Below, piece by piece: positions 27,109-42,110 of a stretch of 64,000 nt of DNA (position 1 is its first letter; each line of letters starts with the position of its first letter). The DNA lies in contig CT868675.1 in NCBI GenBank assembly GCA_000165425.1, forward strand, positions 62,001-126,000, given 5' to 3'. The notes beneath the pieces were generated by a model. The model was not told the origin of the DNA. It searched no databases and saw only the letters and a list, made by a program, of their open reading frames with translations. The stretch comes from Paramecium tetraurelia (Eukaryota). Both the position numbers and the translations under genes were made by a program.

Positions 27109-30100
27109 TCAATTGGATTACACTAATTGCCTTAAATTCCTTTCAAAAACATTGTCTAAAAATAAGTGGTAAACAGGTAGTAAATGTACAAATCTTTAAA
27201 CAATTAAGTATTTTTAAACTAGCTTTTACTTAAATACAGTTAGTATAAATAGAATAATTAAACAAAGAACAGATAAAATAAAAATGTTATGTAACTAAAA
27301 TATTTAGTAAAATTAATACATTAATCTGGGAGATGATTTTTTGAGTTTATTAGGTTAAATCTGCATTAAATAATTAATTGACATATCCAATAATGTTAGA
27401 TACTAAAAAGGCACCCTCCAATTCAAGATAGTTTTAAATAGTTCTAGTTTTGAATTAATTAATCTCCATGTCAGTGGTGATGAAATTAATCATATAAACT
27501 AAAATTGCTTTTAAACCCATCTTCATATTCTAATTCATCACTATTGGACAAATGGTTAGAGACTTTTATTTCAAATCGTCAGGTAAGAAATCGCATAAAT
27601 CATGAGTTTAAATAGATTGGTAGAGGTCTTCAAATGAGGATGACACTAGATATCTAAAAATAGTATTATCTAATACTTTTTAAAGGATCTGCTTTAATCT
27701 AAAAAGGAGGATGTTCTATTGACTGCTTATTTAATTTCATTCAACAAATCTTAGCAATCCTATTCTGTGTATAGCTTCAAATTGGCTCTCCCATAGAGAA
27801 TATCCCTTTACGCGTACATTGTTGGAACATCTGTTCCTACATCTGAAACTGCTCTATAAAATTTAGCAGTATCAGGGTATTTATCTAGATAGTTCCATCC
27901 TTCCAAAAAGGTAAGTAGAGAATTTCCAGCCATGATGAGCATGAGTACAATCATAAACAAGTAATATCGAATTTCAGTACAATTAATAGAATTTAATTTT
28001 TGATTGCTCCTTCTAATTGCCCCAAGTTTTTCAGTATACTGTTCTAATACTCTTTCTTTTTCGCTCAAATTAAATTAGTATTTAAAAAGAATGTTGTAAT
28101 CTTTAAATAATCTTTCAACCAGATACTTTATCCTCAAAATTTCAAAATCTATATATTAACCAGGAATATTATGCATCAAATGAAAATGTCTATTAACTCT
28201 CTTAGTTATTCTAATGTAATAAATGAAAATTTCTATTTAGAATAAGATAAGCAGAGCGATACAAATAAATAAGATTATTGAAATTTGTCTTTATAAAGTG
28301 TATGATCTCTCTATAGTTTATTCCTAAACTATTTGATTTAACTCAGAAAATACTGTTTTAAGGGGCAAATAATTTCTGTACTAATAGTATGAGTATGGAC
28401 AATCTGCTTAAGCCACTCCATCAATTACATAGGCCATTTTAGAAGTGTATTAGTAACTTTTTAACACATTTATGCTGTTTCTCAATGACATATTATATTT
28501 TTCACCAACCTAAGATTTAATATAAATGTAAATATCCAAATAAGTGTTCTCTAGAAAGTCTTATAATTCTGGACGGCTCATCACTTATTTCAGATTTTAA
28601 TCCAGAGAATCATACCCAAGCACGAGATTAGATCTTGGAAATTTGATGAGTTCATTGAATTGGGCTAAAGTGATTGCTTTTGAATCTCTTTACTAACTAT
28701 ATGCTACAATAGTGTATCTGGTCAACAAAAAGGTTTCAAGTGGCTGAAAAACGAAATACTTTATTTAAAGCAGATCTATGTCTGAGACTAAATTGGTCAA
28801 ATTGATGTTAATTTAAACTAGTTGCTATTTTATATAAATAATAAATACTAATATTTAGACTGCAAATTAAATCAAAATGCTTAATACAATAAGAATGATT
28901 AAAATTTGATGGTTTTTGGAAAAAGGCTCTATATTAGTAATCTTCTGAACTACTTCATATTTTTTATAGAACTTCGATTTTCTTACTCCCAATAAACTGG
29001 AGACTTACGAAGATCGATCATCCTAATAGGCAACAACTCTTTCATGACTTGATTATTCTCCAGCTATGGAAATTCTTACATTAGGCTTTGGTAATTTGGG
29101 TTTAGATACCTTGGCTTATTCAAATGTTAGCATTTCAATATTGCTATTATTTGGACTAATTAAATTAAATTTTTCTGATTATGAAATCAGTTTGATTTCA
29201 TTCGTAATGATTGGTTATTCAGAACTCTCTTCTAGCTAAAATAGTTTTCGAGCATCCTATTAACTCAATATCTTTTATTAGCTATTGTACTCATTATATG
29301 GGATTTTAACAAAACTCTCCTAGTTAATCAAATTGAAACATTACTAAATCACATTTTCTTTTCTAAATGAATTGTTCAACTTAGAATGTATCATAGAACT
29401 TTATCCCAAATTCTTTTTGAAATATTCAAAAGTAATGATATAATAAATTATTTGATCTTTTTATTTTTTGTGATATATACTATAGGCTGTAATATATGAC
29501 TCTGGCATTTACTAGAATAAATTCTCATCTTCCCCATTCTTGGAGAAGATGGCTTCTACATTTTCAATAATTTGATAGTTCTGATTTGGGGATTAAAACT
29601 CTGGTAAAATTTCATAGATTTTGTTGCCAATATATTTAGAAATCGAAAACTTTAGTTCTAAATATGAGATGAGTCCTTCACTGATACAAGTTATGATATG
29701 ATCACTGTTAATAATCAAAGACATGGGTTAATTCATGACTGGTTAAATAAAGGAGATAAAACTGAAATCGCTTTGAAAATTAACATCAAAAGCAAATTCG
29801 ATATTGGTCATATAATTCCTCTCTGAACAATAATAATAGTTTGAGTTTATGACTCTCATGTATTTAGCCTATCCTGTTGATAGGAATTCGAGGATGAACT
29901 CATCGTGATGCTATGAAATACCAGGTGGTATAAGTATATTTGCACTCTCACCTTAGAGTGAATCTATCGATTTATTAAAAAACTTAGGAGCATCACTTGA
30001 TACTTTTTTGATGATTAAATTCTCTTTGAATGTTGTAATGATGAATACCATTTTGTTCGAGAAGACATCCTGGTTAATGTTGATTCTCCTTACCTTCTCA

Positions 30101-31485
30101 TCTGATATCGACATTACACTAAATAGCGAATTTGCTGCCAAATAATCATTGATAACTTCCACATAGTAAAATCCCAATATGCATTGTGTTTTGGCACAAG
30201 CAAAGTTTTTATATTGCATTTCCAACCTTTTTTGAAGATCCAACAGTCTTGAAGTGAAGCTGAAATATTAGGAATAATGGTAAGTAGTTTAACTTTATGC
30301 TAATAATGTAAGGATTCGAATCTTGTCTTTCAGGATTTGGATAACATCATCGTAAATAATAGAATTTTATTGCTCACTTGCTATCAAGGAGGCAACTGTT
30401 AGAGATAATCGATGCTGCATTTCTGATTGCACTTATATGTTGATGTCTATTTTGTTGATACACTATTTCTTAATCACTTTCTTTTTGAATCTCTCCAGAA
30501 CATTCAGATCTTTGTCGTTAATTGCTGTCAATTCACAGAAGGCTTCGTAATTCTGGCCTTGCATCATGAGCAAGGAACAGTATATAATCTTATCCTTCGC
30601 ATTCTTAGGCTTCTGTATTTGAATTGCTTTCAGTTCTTTGATGTTATCCAAAAAAACCAGTATGGACAACATGTCACAAACCCCATCTTTTTTGAGGAGT
30701 ATGCATAATTTAAATATTCTTGTGTATGTTAAGTAAAACACGTTGTAAATTAGAGGGATCAAGACGAGTTCTGAGATGAAATCTCGTTGGATAGAAAAAA
30801 TCCATAGGAATCCTTGGTATAGGTTGTATATGTAAATAGTCAATAACATGCATTTGGTGTTTAAATTCTTCAAGGGAGAATAATAGAGTTGATTGATAGC
30901 TCTCAGCAAATTGATAGCGAAAGCTAAAAATATAATTGATTAATTTGATAATTCATAAGAATAAAAAATCATAATAGTATAGTTTAAACTTTGGATAATA
31001 AAGTCCAAAATAGTATATCTAGTGTGTTGGAAGTTTATAGTTTATGCATTTAAAGTACCCTAAAGAATTAAGGTTTCAGTTATGGAAATTAACAATAAAA
31101 GAGTATGAGTAAAAATTTTGATTATTCCAGTTGAATATTCGAAGAAAACATTCAGCAAGCCACTTCTTAATAGTTGTCCATATATTTTAATGTGTTTAAA
31201 GTGAGAGATCGTTGAAACAATATTTAGCAGGTAAAATAGGCAAATAATTGAAATTGCATACTAGGCTATATCACTACTCGGCAAATAAAGTTGTGGTCTG
31301 GCAAACATCGATACCAAAGTCAAGTAAGAGGGAGCGTTCTTGCCATATATATAGCTGAGGGTTTGCAAAGCCTATTGAAATCTTAAAATCAATATTAAAA
31401 TGCTTGGAAAAACAACCTGCTATTCCTCGTTTTTCAGATACAACTCTATACAGTAATTTAGCCATCTCTACAATTTTTCATTCAT
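27109..31485 (-). CDS. large multi-TM protein with PAS-like domain, copy 1
   Basis: N-terminal TM bundle, PAS-like IIKKVSSDAPKFF...ANILIPPGISQHHDEFILEFLSTG, C-terminal TMs; true start MNEKLQRWL at 31485. Confidence 0.75.
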
Positions 31486-31955
31486 TTAAGATAATATATA
31501 TATAATATATTAGATCAATTAATAATTGGATTTAACAAAATCATTGGTGGCATCTTTTTTAAATTCATAAATATAATTACGTAATGAATTTTTTGTGCAT
31601 TTCATAATTCTATATCTTACTATAAGAATTTCTAAAGGATCTAAAATTATTATTATTATAATATATATATAAAATGTGTTATTATCATTTTTTAATAAAA
31701 TAATTAATTGAAATTTCTTTCGAAGTAAAAAACTAGACCTTATGCTAAGTAACTTGGGAGTATACTACAAAAAATTTTAATGTGAATATGATCATTTAAA
31801 GAGAAATAAAAAGGGAATAAATTTTATACGAATATTAATTTCATCAATAGCATTTGGTGAAATAATTTTAATTCAACAAAGATGCATAAAAATGAATGAA
31901 ACTTCAAATTAGAATATTGCTTTTGTAATTTAATATATAGCATAAAGATTGAATG

Positions 31956-34900
31956 TCATATTATGATTTATTTACTCTGAAATGCTTTTTGTTAGATCTT
32001 CTTTAGTTTTAATTCATAATAGTCATCGAAAAAGATGACTGAAAAAGGTATCATAAAAATGGATTAGCTGATTGCGTTGTTTTTATTGGTCAAGTAAAAC
32101 TTCCCTACAGTTAACGTAAAAAACATCATAAAAATAAGAACGCAGAAAATTCCAATAACTGTGAACTATGCAAATATGATATAAACATACAATTAGTTAG
32201 TTTAATTTTTCTATCGTAACGCTCTTCAAGTCCTCATAGAATTCACCATTGAGGTGTTCTATGAATTCTGAAAATATCAAAGCCCCTTCTAATTCATATT
32301 TATCATAGCCAATCTTTTCAGTGAATTGATTTAAGTCTCTTTCTGTTTTTATTGAATTTAAGATGTAAATTAAAACAGAAGATATCCCCCTTTGCAAGTT
32401 TTAATTAAGTGATAGATTACAAATTTAAGGGGCATTATCATATATCTCTTCATTTATATAATTACAGAGATTAGCAGTTTAAAGAGAATCATAATTGTTC
32501 ATGAAATTTTAAGATAATATGCTACTATTAAATAGAAAATAATTACTTCTCTTAATCATTTTGAACGTTGACGAAATTTTCTAATCTCCAAAGGGATTCC
32601 TGAATTTCAGTAATGAATTTCTCTTTGTCATCGTAACCAAGAAATGTGAAATTTGAGATCCCATACAAAACACTAATATGCGAATACAGTGTGGGGATGT
32701 CAGTGCCTACATCAGAAAGTTGCCTGTAGAATTAAGCAGTCGGTTGATATGACTTAATGTACGATGACATCATCAAATACACATATGTCCCCTAGATTAA
32801 CAGAAGAAACATAATCAGAAATGATAATATTCTCACAGACAAGTCTCCCACTTAAATCTTGATATCCTTGTTGTTTTTTTTATTTTGCATCTAATCTTTC
32901 GATTTCATATGTCGAGAATTAGACTTCAATAAGTGTCTTTCTTTGTCATGCACGGAAAACTAATACTTGAATAAATTATCGCTGTCTTTAAGAATAAACT
33001 TAGTTAAAAGTTAGTAGTTTTGTATATCCTAATAATAGGTTTCTTTTGGACAATAAAAGAGCAATCTCAAATGTTTTAAATGCTACTTCTCAACAATCTT
33101 GATCAGCACAATCAGAATTATCAGATTTGCTATGATCAAAATTGATTCTATCAAATATAGTACTCTTTATTAGGTTAGGATATAAATAGAATTTATTTGA
33201 GATTGTTCATATATATTATCATTTAAAATTTGAAATTGTTACTTGAGATTGAATGAATTCTTATAACTATAATAGATGTAGGCACTGTCAGTTTGGGGCT
33301 GTTACTTTTAAACGTAAAATTACTTTAAAGTGTATTAGAATTCTAATAAAATGTTAATGCAACTTCTTATGGAGATTTCATAAATCTCTCCTTCATCAGA
33401 ATCAATATATTGTAACACTTTAATATTGATAGATGACATAGAACTCAGCAATTCCTTTTTATTTACTATTTCATTCAAATTAGATTACAATCTCAGAAAT
33501 TATAAGGGTATCGTGTATTCTGGAAATATCAACAATTGATTATATTCGTCCTCATCCAAGAGGTGGTTCTGCTTCATTTTCATGTAATTGAATATAATCC
33601 ATCTATTCACCCAGAATGTCTCCAAAGGTTGAAATGCCTGATTCTTAACTTAGAGCAATTCAATATCCCTCACTAGCTAATTTAAGCTACTATATAAACT
33701 TTAAATTATCTATGATTTAAATATATTTTACTATATAAATGATGATTGAGTGAGCAATCAATGAGAATAATGCTGTCCTTAAAAATAAACATGCACCTAA
33801 GTGGCATTGTTGTCGATTGACATTATTCAAAATTTGATATTTCTTAAAATGTTGAGATTGTTTTAAATTTTACACAGAAGAAACCTAAGATCGCTTGCAA
33901 TCCTCTTCTTAATTACTATCATCAGCGGCATGGAGTTCTTTCACCATATCTATGCTGCATTCTTCCTTGACATAAGAAAGTTGTTTTTAAGAGTTTCTAG
34001 AAAAGTACTGTTGTTGAAAGAGTAATTAATCATAAAATACACTATTATTAGGACTAATTAAAGTGGAGTTATTTTAGCTTTTGGTTGGGAGTACTTAATT
34101 TGGTTGGAGCGTTCTTTTTTATTTATCCTAGGTTATGGAAAGATAATTATTAGAGAATTATTAAAATTGAAAAAATGTAGAATTTGCTTAATGTCTTTAA
34201 TTTTATTCATCCATAATATAGGGTTTAGAGACTGTAATATCTTCTTTGAAGATTCCTGAAAACCTGTCATCCTCAACTTTAATTTTCATTTCTGTAGTTT
34301 TAGCATCAGTTTTATCTTGACTCAAGGCTCCATTTGAGAAACTCTGCACCATCTAATTAAAAGTGTAATTTTAATTCATCTTTTTAATAAATTGAAAAGT
34401 CAATAAGTAGTAAATAATTCTACCCTTTAATTCTTTGATTTTTACATTGACTGTTGTGATGATAGAATATGACTTCAGTGTACTGTAACTGCTTTATTGA
34501 GATATCATTTCGACATTCTCCAATACCTAGCTAAATTCTATTGTGTCAATGGATGGTAAAAATTGGTTCATGTGTTTGTTTAATATATTCTCAGGCTTTT
34601 CATTTAATGTTTCAATCAAATTCTCACTAAACTCTTTGATTATCTTATTCTAATTTAGAACTATAATCATTGGTTAATGAATCACAGGTTATAAGAACGT
34701 TACGAATTTCAGGGAAGACTTAGTGAAACTAATGTCTAAGGTAAAATCAGCAGTGATTAAATATGAGGATTGATGAGATTTAAAATATTTTAAATCTACC
34801 TTTCTCATATACTTGGAAATACCTTCTTCTAAGAAATTCATGATCATTTCATTGTGATGTTCTCTGATGCCCCAAGGTAATAATTGATCGATGTCTTTAT

Positions 34901-36425
34901 TAATTAGCTAATCATGTCTGAGATTCAACAACTAGGATGTGTTGCTAGACATTCGTTTAATAATCAATCGTTGCTAATCGAAATCTGTAATGAAGTATAT
35001 CATCTTGGAGTTAAACATGTTGAAAATTGCTTAATGATTTTACAATTTAATAAGTTCTTATTTGGATGCAGAGAGGGAGAGTTTACTAGCAGAGATATAA
35101 TCATTCAATATTTCAGCATATAAAAAACTTAGAATTGCCTAAGTTTTCTGATTGGGAAATTGTGAATACTGTTTTTCAAGTTTCCGTTTGACTTCTTGAA
35201 CTTTATTAACGAAGTTCATGAGCTTCTGATAGATTTTAAGGTCTCGTTCAGTAATGCATTTCTGGATGTGTTATTTTTATTTAATTATTTCGATAATTTT
35301 CTCTTGAATAATGAAGTTCCTGTCCTCGCTTTTCATCAATTACTCAACAGCCAAGGCTACACTTTAATCAAACTTCGAAGAGGTCTTTATCTTGAACTCC
35401 AACTATTGTAGACACTCATCAATAATTAAGGTTTTTTTTATTTGATTCAACCAATTCAAACTCTTCTAATTGTACAATAGACACAAGGCCTCATAATAAT
35501 GTTTCTGCTTGATTCTTATTGTAGCATACAGTATTCTGTCCTATTCTTTTTGGATCAACTTTTTGTTTATGATTATTTTAATGTGTTCAGATGTTATGCA
35601 ACCATCACCTATGTTCAACAATAAGGATTCCAGACTCTGGACTGGGAACTTTAATTGGATTTCACTGGACATTTAGGTGAGTTTAAGTATGAGGGAGCAT
35701 AAAATTAAATTTGGAAATTCATTTAATTTAATATCTGCAAAATAAATCACACACTGAATGATGGTTATCAGGTGAGCATAGAGGATATAAGGGTGCAATT
35801 TGATTGATTTTATGGGGGAGTAGATAATTTGATTAAGAAATCCATTGAGTGAGTAGAGCATGCATAACATGGTTATTATGAGATGACTATAATTAGAATA
35901 TTATTTAAAAATTAGTATTAAATTGTTTAAAATGTGGTTGGCTATTTAAAAATAGTTAATCGAAATTTATGAGAAATTCCTCTATCTAATGTTCAATGTG
36001 CCCAAGATAAATAGAATGTCAATAGTGCTGATGATGATTAGCAGGATTTAAACAACAAATTGCAATTCTCCTCTTGAAATTTCAAAAAATACATTGTACA
36101 CACTCACCCTTAATAACTATCCTATCACCAATATCTTTTGTCTGCCAGGTATTTTCTTAACAAAAATACTCACAATGTATAGTAATAGGATGGGTAAAAC
36201 CAAATAACAAATATTATTAGAATGTAAGAGTAATTGTGGCCTCGTTGTAGTAGCAACAATGTAAAAAAATGAATTGTTTTTCTATTCGAAAATATATGAA
36301 AGCATTAAAAATTGATGTTGTATAATTAGTAGGCTTTTAATAGGATTTGAGAGTACTGCTGATTTTAGGTTGACATTCTGAAGCGTTGATATAATTTTAT
36401 CACGCAAATTTTCGAAAGCTTTCAT
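31956..36425 (-). CDS. large multi-TM protein with PAS-like domain, copy 2 (tandem paralogue)
   Basis: Shares motifs with copy 1: RPQL, GQLLR..NVFFE, LLPWGIREHHNEMI, SDVGTDIP, ELEGA; a matching intron lies before the last TM. Confidence 0.75.
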
Positions 36426-36732
36426 AATTGAATTAAAATAATCTTAAATATTATAATTTATTTGCTTAATTCATTATTATCCCTTATTATGATATTGTTA
36501 CAATTCTATTGATTCCAAATAGTTGTATTGCATCATCAAAATCTCCCTATTTTACAATTGTTTCTTAATGAGATCTGAAAATATCTACAAATTTGAAAAT
36601 CAAAATGTGTTATTAATTTATAAAAAAAGGATGATTTGATTTCATTATTATTGATTACCTGTTGATGAATTCTGACAATTTAAGATTTTATAATTTTCAT
36701 TCAATAATTAAATATAAGTATTAATTAAATAA

Positions 36733-38488
36733 ATGGATAATCATAATTAATAATTGGACATTATTGTTATTGGTACTATCTACGTGTCCTTCGAACCATT
36801 AGTATAAGTGGAATGCATGTCGATCAAAGCTGGAAAGGTTTCAAGGCTCGGATAAACAGCTCAAATACTAAGTTAAGGTTAAATGCAAAATGAACTCTTA
36901 TAAGAACATCTCAATAAACCAGGTTATTGGGAATTGGAAATAGATTAAACGAAGTAAATAGAGCCATAAATATTAGAATCATCAAATTAAATGAATTATA
37001 AATGGCTATGCCTGGAATGATAGATAGTCATGTGCATCCCTAAAGTGGAGGGATTTAGTTAAGCAGACTCACAATCTAAAAGTATTGTAGTTGGGAAGAT
37101 GCTAAGAATGCAATAAGGAATAGCATAGTGAAGGGGGAACATGATAAAAATGAGTGGGTGTTTGCATATGGATATTGTAATGAAATAATTAAATATGTGA
37201 AAAGCATAAGGATGGTTTAAAGAGTTAAAATAGAATATATAAGAACTAGATGATGTATGTCCTGAGAAGCCATTAATAATAATGAGAGATGACTGCCATG
37301 CTTATTGGTGCAATTCTAAAATATTTGAAGTCACACAAACTCGCTAAGAAGATGGCATCTATATAGAAGAACAAATGAATGCTGTGAGAAAATACATTCC
37401 AAAATTAAGTGAGATCGAATAACAGGATTGTCTATTGAAAGGATTACAACACTTGGTGAAGTATGGAGTAGTTGCATTCCAGGATGCTGCAGTCAAAGAA
37501 AGATTGTTTCAAAATTACAAGAAGTTGTATTAAAATTAAAATTATGGAAATCAATTACCATATTGTTGCATGAGTCTGTGTTGGAATGATTTGTTTTTGG
37601 AATAGACATAAAGTAATTATTATCTGTTATGAAGATGTTGATGAGGAAGTGAGATTTGAGACTGTGGAGAATCAGATTAAAGAGATAAGAGATTTGAATC
37701 TAGAGAAATTATATTGTCATAGTGTAAAGATATTTGTAGATGGTGTTTTGGAATCAAAGACAGCTTTAATGAATGTTAAATATTGCCAATGTTCACACAA
37801 TGGATAACTCATGATTTAGAATATCCCTTAGATAATTGAAGGACTGAATGATAGAGGAATCTAGGCACATATTCATAGTATAGGAGATAGAGCAACTGAT
37901 ATCGTGGTTGAAGCATTCGAGAGAATCTAACATAAGTTGAACAAGAATGTCATCAACTATTTAGCTCATCTTGAATTTGTTTCACCAAAAGCTATTGAAC
38001 TACTCAAAAAGCTTAATTTGGGTGCAAACTTCTCTGCCTTGTGGTTCTATGAAAGTCCATCACTTTCATTAATGCCCACATGTCTACCTTAACATTACAT
38101 GGAAGGAATGTATCCTATAAGAGATCTGGAATAGTGTATTATTGGATTAGGTAGTGATTGGCCTGTCAGTTCAGCCAATCCTTTTGATGCCATTGAGGTG
38201 GCAGTCACTAGGTAGCCTTTAGGACACACCTAAAATCCAATTCCAATAGGAGATTTGAAACAAAGAATCACCATCCAATAAGCCTTACATTATTATACTG
38301 AAGGATCAGCTAAATTAATTTAGAAGCCAGGATTGGGATTGCTGACAGAGGGAGGTCATGCTAACTTTATTATTATAAACTAAAATGTCTTGAAGATTAA
38401 ACCATCGGAAATACATCAAACTAAAGTTCTGTCGACATTTATTGATGGAGTTGAAGCGTATTAATCATAAAAATTGGAGTAAATATGA
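36733..38488 (+). CDS. YtcJ-like metal-dependent amidohydrolase (Amidohydro_3)
   Basis: MPGMIDSHVHP, DCHAYWCNS, VKIFVDG, HIHSIGDRA, AHLE, GSDWPVS, YTEGSA. Confidence 0.9.
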
Positions 38489-38534
38489 ATAGGATATATT
38501 TTATAATTGATGTATTAATACAATATTAAATTAA

Positions 38535-40114
38535 ATGCACAACTACAACGTGGATCACAAATACAAGTTCTAGACGCGCATTGGTAATTGGTTTGAAGAG
38601 TGGGAGTTAGATGAGACCAAGTGAGAATTTGTTCATGAATTTATTAGGAAAAAAGACTATTTGAAAAATAGATAAAATGGGTAACTGGCAAGCATTGTCA
38701 AGGATTAAAAAACTAATTTCAGTCTTAGATTGGCATCACTTACCTTTCCAAAAGACGAATACATCCATTTCGGATTCCATATAATGCTTCAAAACCTTAA
38801 AACATTAGGCTTCTTATCCATTGACATTTAAGAAAAATTAAAAATAACTGAGGAAGCATACAATGTTACCACTGCACCAACAACATAACCAACAGTAAGA
38901 TCTGTATTTGTAGTTGTACCTTATACCAAAGAACCCAATTTTTTTGGTGATGATGTTTTACATTACGGATAACATTTTAGACTTCTTGCAAATCCAAGGA
39001 TTTCAAATAATAAAGCTTTCTTTCTGCATTCACTTCCATAGACACCAACTAGATGTGCTAAGATATCTAGAAAATAAGAAGTTTGTGCCATAGAGAGTGA
39101 TGTTTTTAATACTGTATGGAAATTAGAACATTCAGATCCGAAAATTAGATTTGAAATGGAAGGACAACCTATAAGAATAGATGATGTCATTCTTGTTAAA
39201 CACTCATTTACATAACATTGGTTAGCAAGTGATGATATTGTATACTAAAACGATTTTGGTAGAGAACGAGAAGTTTTTGTGCATTCTTACTAATGTTTGA
39301 ACAAAACATAAAATTTAATAGCTGAAAAGGAGGGCAGAACGACAATTGATATTCCATTGAGAAATTAAGAGTATAAATTATTTATATTTTTAATATAGAC
39401 CTTAGAATTTATGGAAATTTGCTGTAGCAAATAAATAAAGTGAATAATTTGATGAGTCAGTCATGGATGACAATAGAAATGTTAAAAATCTAATGATCAG
39501 AGTTAAGTAACAAATTACTGGCAAAGGTTCTTACGGATTGCGAGGATTGGCTAAGGTCTTTTTAGAAATGGATCAAAATAACAGTAATTAATTACATATA
39601 ACATAGATGGAGTTGTTGAGTATGATGATTTTAAATGGGGACTTAGGAATTTTGGACTCAATCTCTCTGAAGATGAAACTAAAATGATCTTTCAAACTTT
39701 TGATAAAAAAAGCAATGGAAAAATTGAATTTAATGAATTCTTGGATGCTTTTAGAGTATGAGATTCCTTGATATTCTTAGTTACAAATGAGTGATAGAAG
39801 ACTGTATTTTGTTTAAAGAGCCTATGCATCTATTGAATAAAGAGCAGGCAAAGTTACTTTGGATACGATGGGCAGAACTATCAATGTTAAAGAACACCCT
39901 GATGTACTCAAGGGGTACAAAACAGAAAGACAAGTGTTTTAAGAATTTGTATCACATTGGAATAAGGGGTAACCAGATAAAGTCATTTCATTTTAAGAAT
40001 TTGGTGAATTTTATTAAGTAATATTGACAATATATATAAATTTAGGATGTATCATCGGCTATATAATAAGATGAGACTTTTGAAGCTATTTTAAAAAAAT
40101 CATGGAATTTATGA
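38535..40114 (+). CDS. CFAP161: CFAP161-like ciliary protein fused to a calcyphosin-like EF-hand domain
   Basis: RIGNWFEE, LHYGQHFRL, RFEMEGQPI, FGREREV, QNLWKF; then GLRGLAKVFLEMDQNNNG, FDKKSNGKIEFNEFL, HPDV, EFYQDVSSAI...WNL*. Confidence 0.8.
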
Positions 40115-40987
40115 TGATTATTATATAATAGGAACATTAAATTATATTTCTCCAATTTATTAGCATGCCTACGAAAACCCCAGACTTTCACCTGATAAGG
40201 AAGAGTTTGTCTAAACTCTTACTTTAGTTCTTCTTATTCATATCCAAAAAATAATAAATACTTTTATTCATCATCCTGATTTCTTCAATCTGTGTTTTAT
40301 TTGAATTTCTTTAATCAGTATGAGGCTGATGGATGGTAATCAAAGCCTCTAAATACTTATTTCCTTAAAAAAGTGAGAATTGAATCCAAAAGTTTAAAAT
40401 GATGTTTTTCTAAAAACAAGTTTTTTCACAAGAAAACTGTTACAATAAAATTTCTTTTCTCTAAAATATGATCTGGATGGTTTATATTATGTGAGGTTCG
40501 ATTTAAATGATTGTTTTTATGCGAATCCAAAAAGATTAATATGATAGAATTAGTACTTATTATATAACACTGAATATTGATTCAAGCCATAAAAAACAGT
40601 TTCTCAAAAACCTTTTTATACAAATTTTTGAATAGAGAATTCTTTCTTAATTGTTAAACACATATAGATCAGCCAGTCAATATAGGCAGAGAATCAGTAA
40701 ATCGCAATATTTAGAGGAGAATTGGTTTGCTGAACAATTCATTTTTACCTCATAAATAGTTTACTTTATCACTTGAAATACACATAGATCAATATAAAAT
40801 CATTTATAAAATAAAGATAAACTAACTATTAAATTTTCAGTTCCAATTTAAATCTGATAGTTATTTTTTACAAATTAATAGAATTTCTTCACATAAGGTC
40901 ATAACCAAATCTTTTTTGAATTCATTAGTTATAGAATTAAGCTAGTAATTTTAATATTAGACTCTAGAAATCATTAATAATATTAAA

Positions 40988-42025
40988 ATGTAAACTTAGA
41001 CTAATATACCTACTAATGAATTAGAAGGAAAAAAGAAATTATTCATGAAATGGGCTTTAAATTCTGTCAGAAAGTTTTTCAATAATAATTAATTGCCATA
41101 TCACCTTTTATCTACATGTGTGTCGATCAAGCCAGGGTCGGCTAATAGATGCGCAACGTTGTAGTCATATCCTAATTAAGGAGTGTGGAAATATTTGAAA
41201 GAACTGCCTGAATCTGTGAGAAGAGATTTAACAATGCATCTAAATAATGAAATGAAGCTTGTTGAATTTAAATTCTAATAATCTATTTTGATAGAGTTCA
41301 AAGATAGAATATTAAAAGACTTTGATTTCTCAAGTTTTTACAAAGAATCGAAAAATTTTAACGATAATAATGAGATACCATTTATTGAGTCAGATCAGAA
41401 TGAGTAGTAAGTAAAATAAAAGAAATGGTGCAAAGGATAAGACTTCGTTAGTGAATCAAAACAGATTTTGATTTAAATGCAACTGTGCAATAGAAAGCCG
41501 CCTTTAATTCATATGAAATAGCTCCATTATCACAAGCTGAGAACACTGTTAGAAAAAATAAAGGAACATAAGTTTAGCATGTCGGAAGAAATGAAACAGT
41601 TTAAACATGAATTGGAACAGTTTTGCAAGCAGGATTTTTGTTAAGAATCAGAAAAAAAGAAAAAAGTTAAAGCAAACCATGATCAGTAACAGAATGAACT
41701 TGAAAAAGTCTAATAGAATTGCATAATAAAGGTGGAAGATGAAGATAATAAAAATGATATTTTGAGGATATTTAAATAAAGAGTTAAAAGTATTGAGCCT
41801 GGAATTTCGCTTTTTCTACCAGATTTATCAAAATTTGAATAGCAAATGAGAAACAATTTTTAAGAAGTGGAGGATAACTATTACAAAAATTTGTATTTTA
41901 AAGAAAAAGTAGAAGAGATGGAATTAAATTCAAAAAATATACTTGCAGAATGTAAATAATATTATGAGGCATTACAGTTCAAAGAGCCTAGATAGAAGAT
42001 TGAAGTTTAACCAGATAGACGATGA
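40988..42025 (+). CDS. hypothetical protein (345 aa, intronless)
   Basis: Continuous code-6 ORF MQTQTNIPTNELEGKKKLFMKW...DRR*. Confidence 0.7.
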
Positions 42026-42110
42026 AATCTTTCTTAAAAAAATGATTATTTTATTTAAATAGAACTGACAATCATTATTTTTATTTAAATTATAATCGTT
42101 AATTTGGATC

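Noticed and set aside
31274..31465. ORF-track 63-aa ORF as the start of PAS gene copy 1
   Set aside because: Wrong frame; the frame from ATG 31485 aligns with the paralogue's N-terminus.
40150..40800. Faint cyclin-like, and at ~23.2 kb PX-like, residue patterns in broken frames
   Set aside because: Too few matching residues to support a family call by eye.
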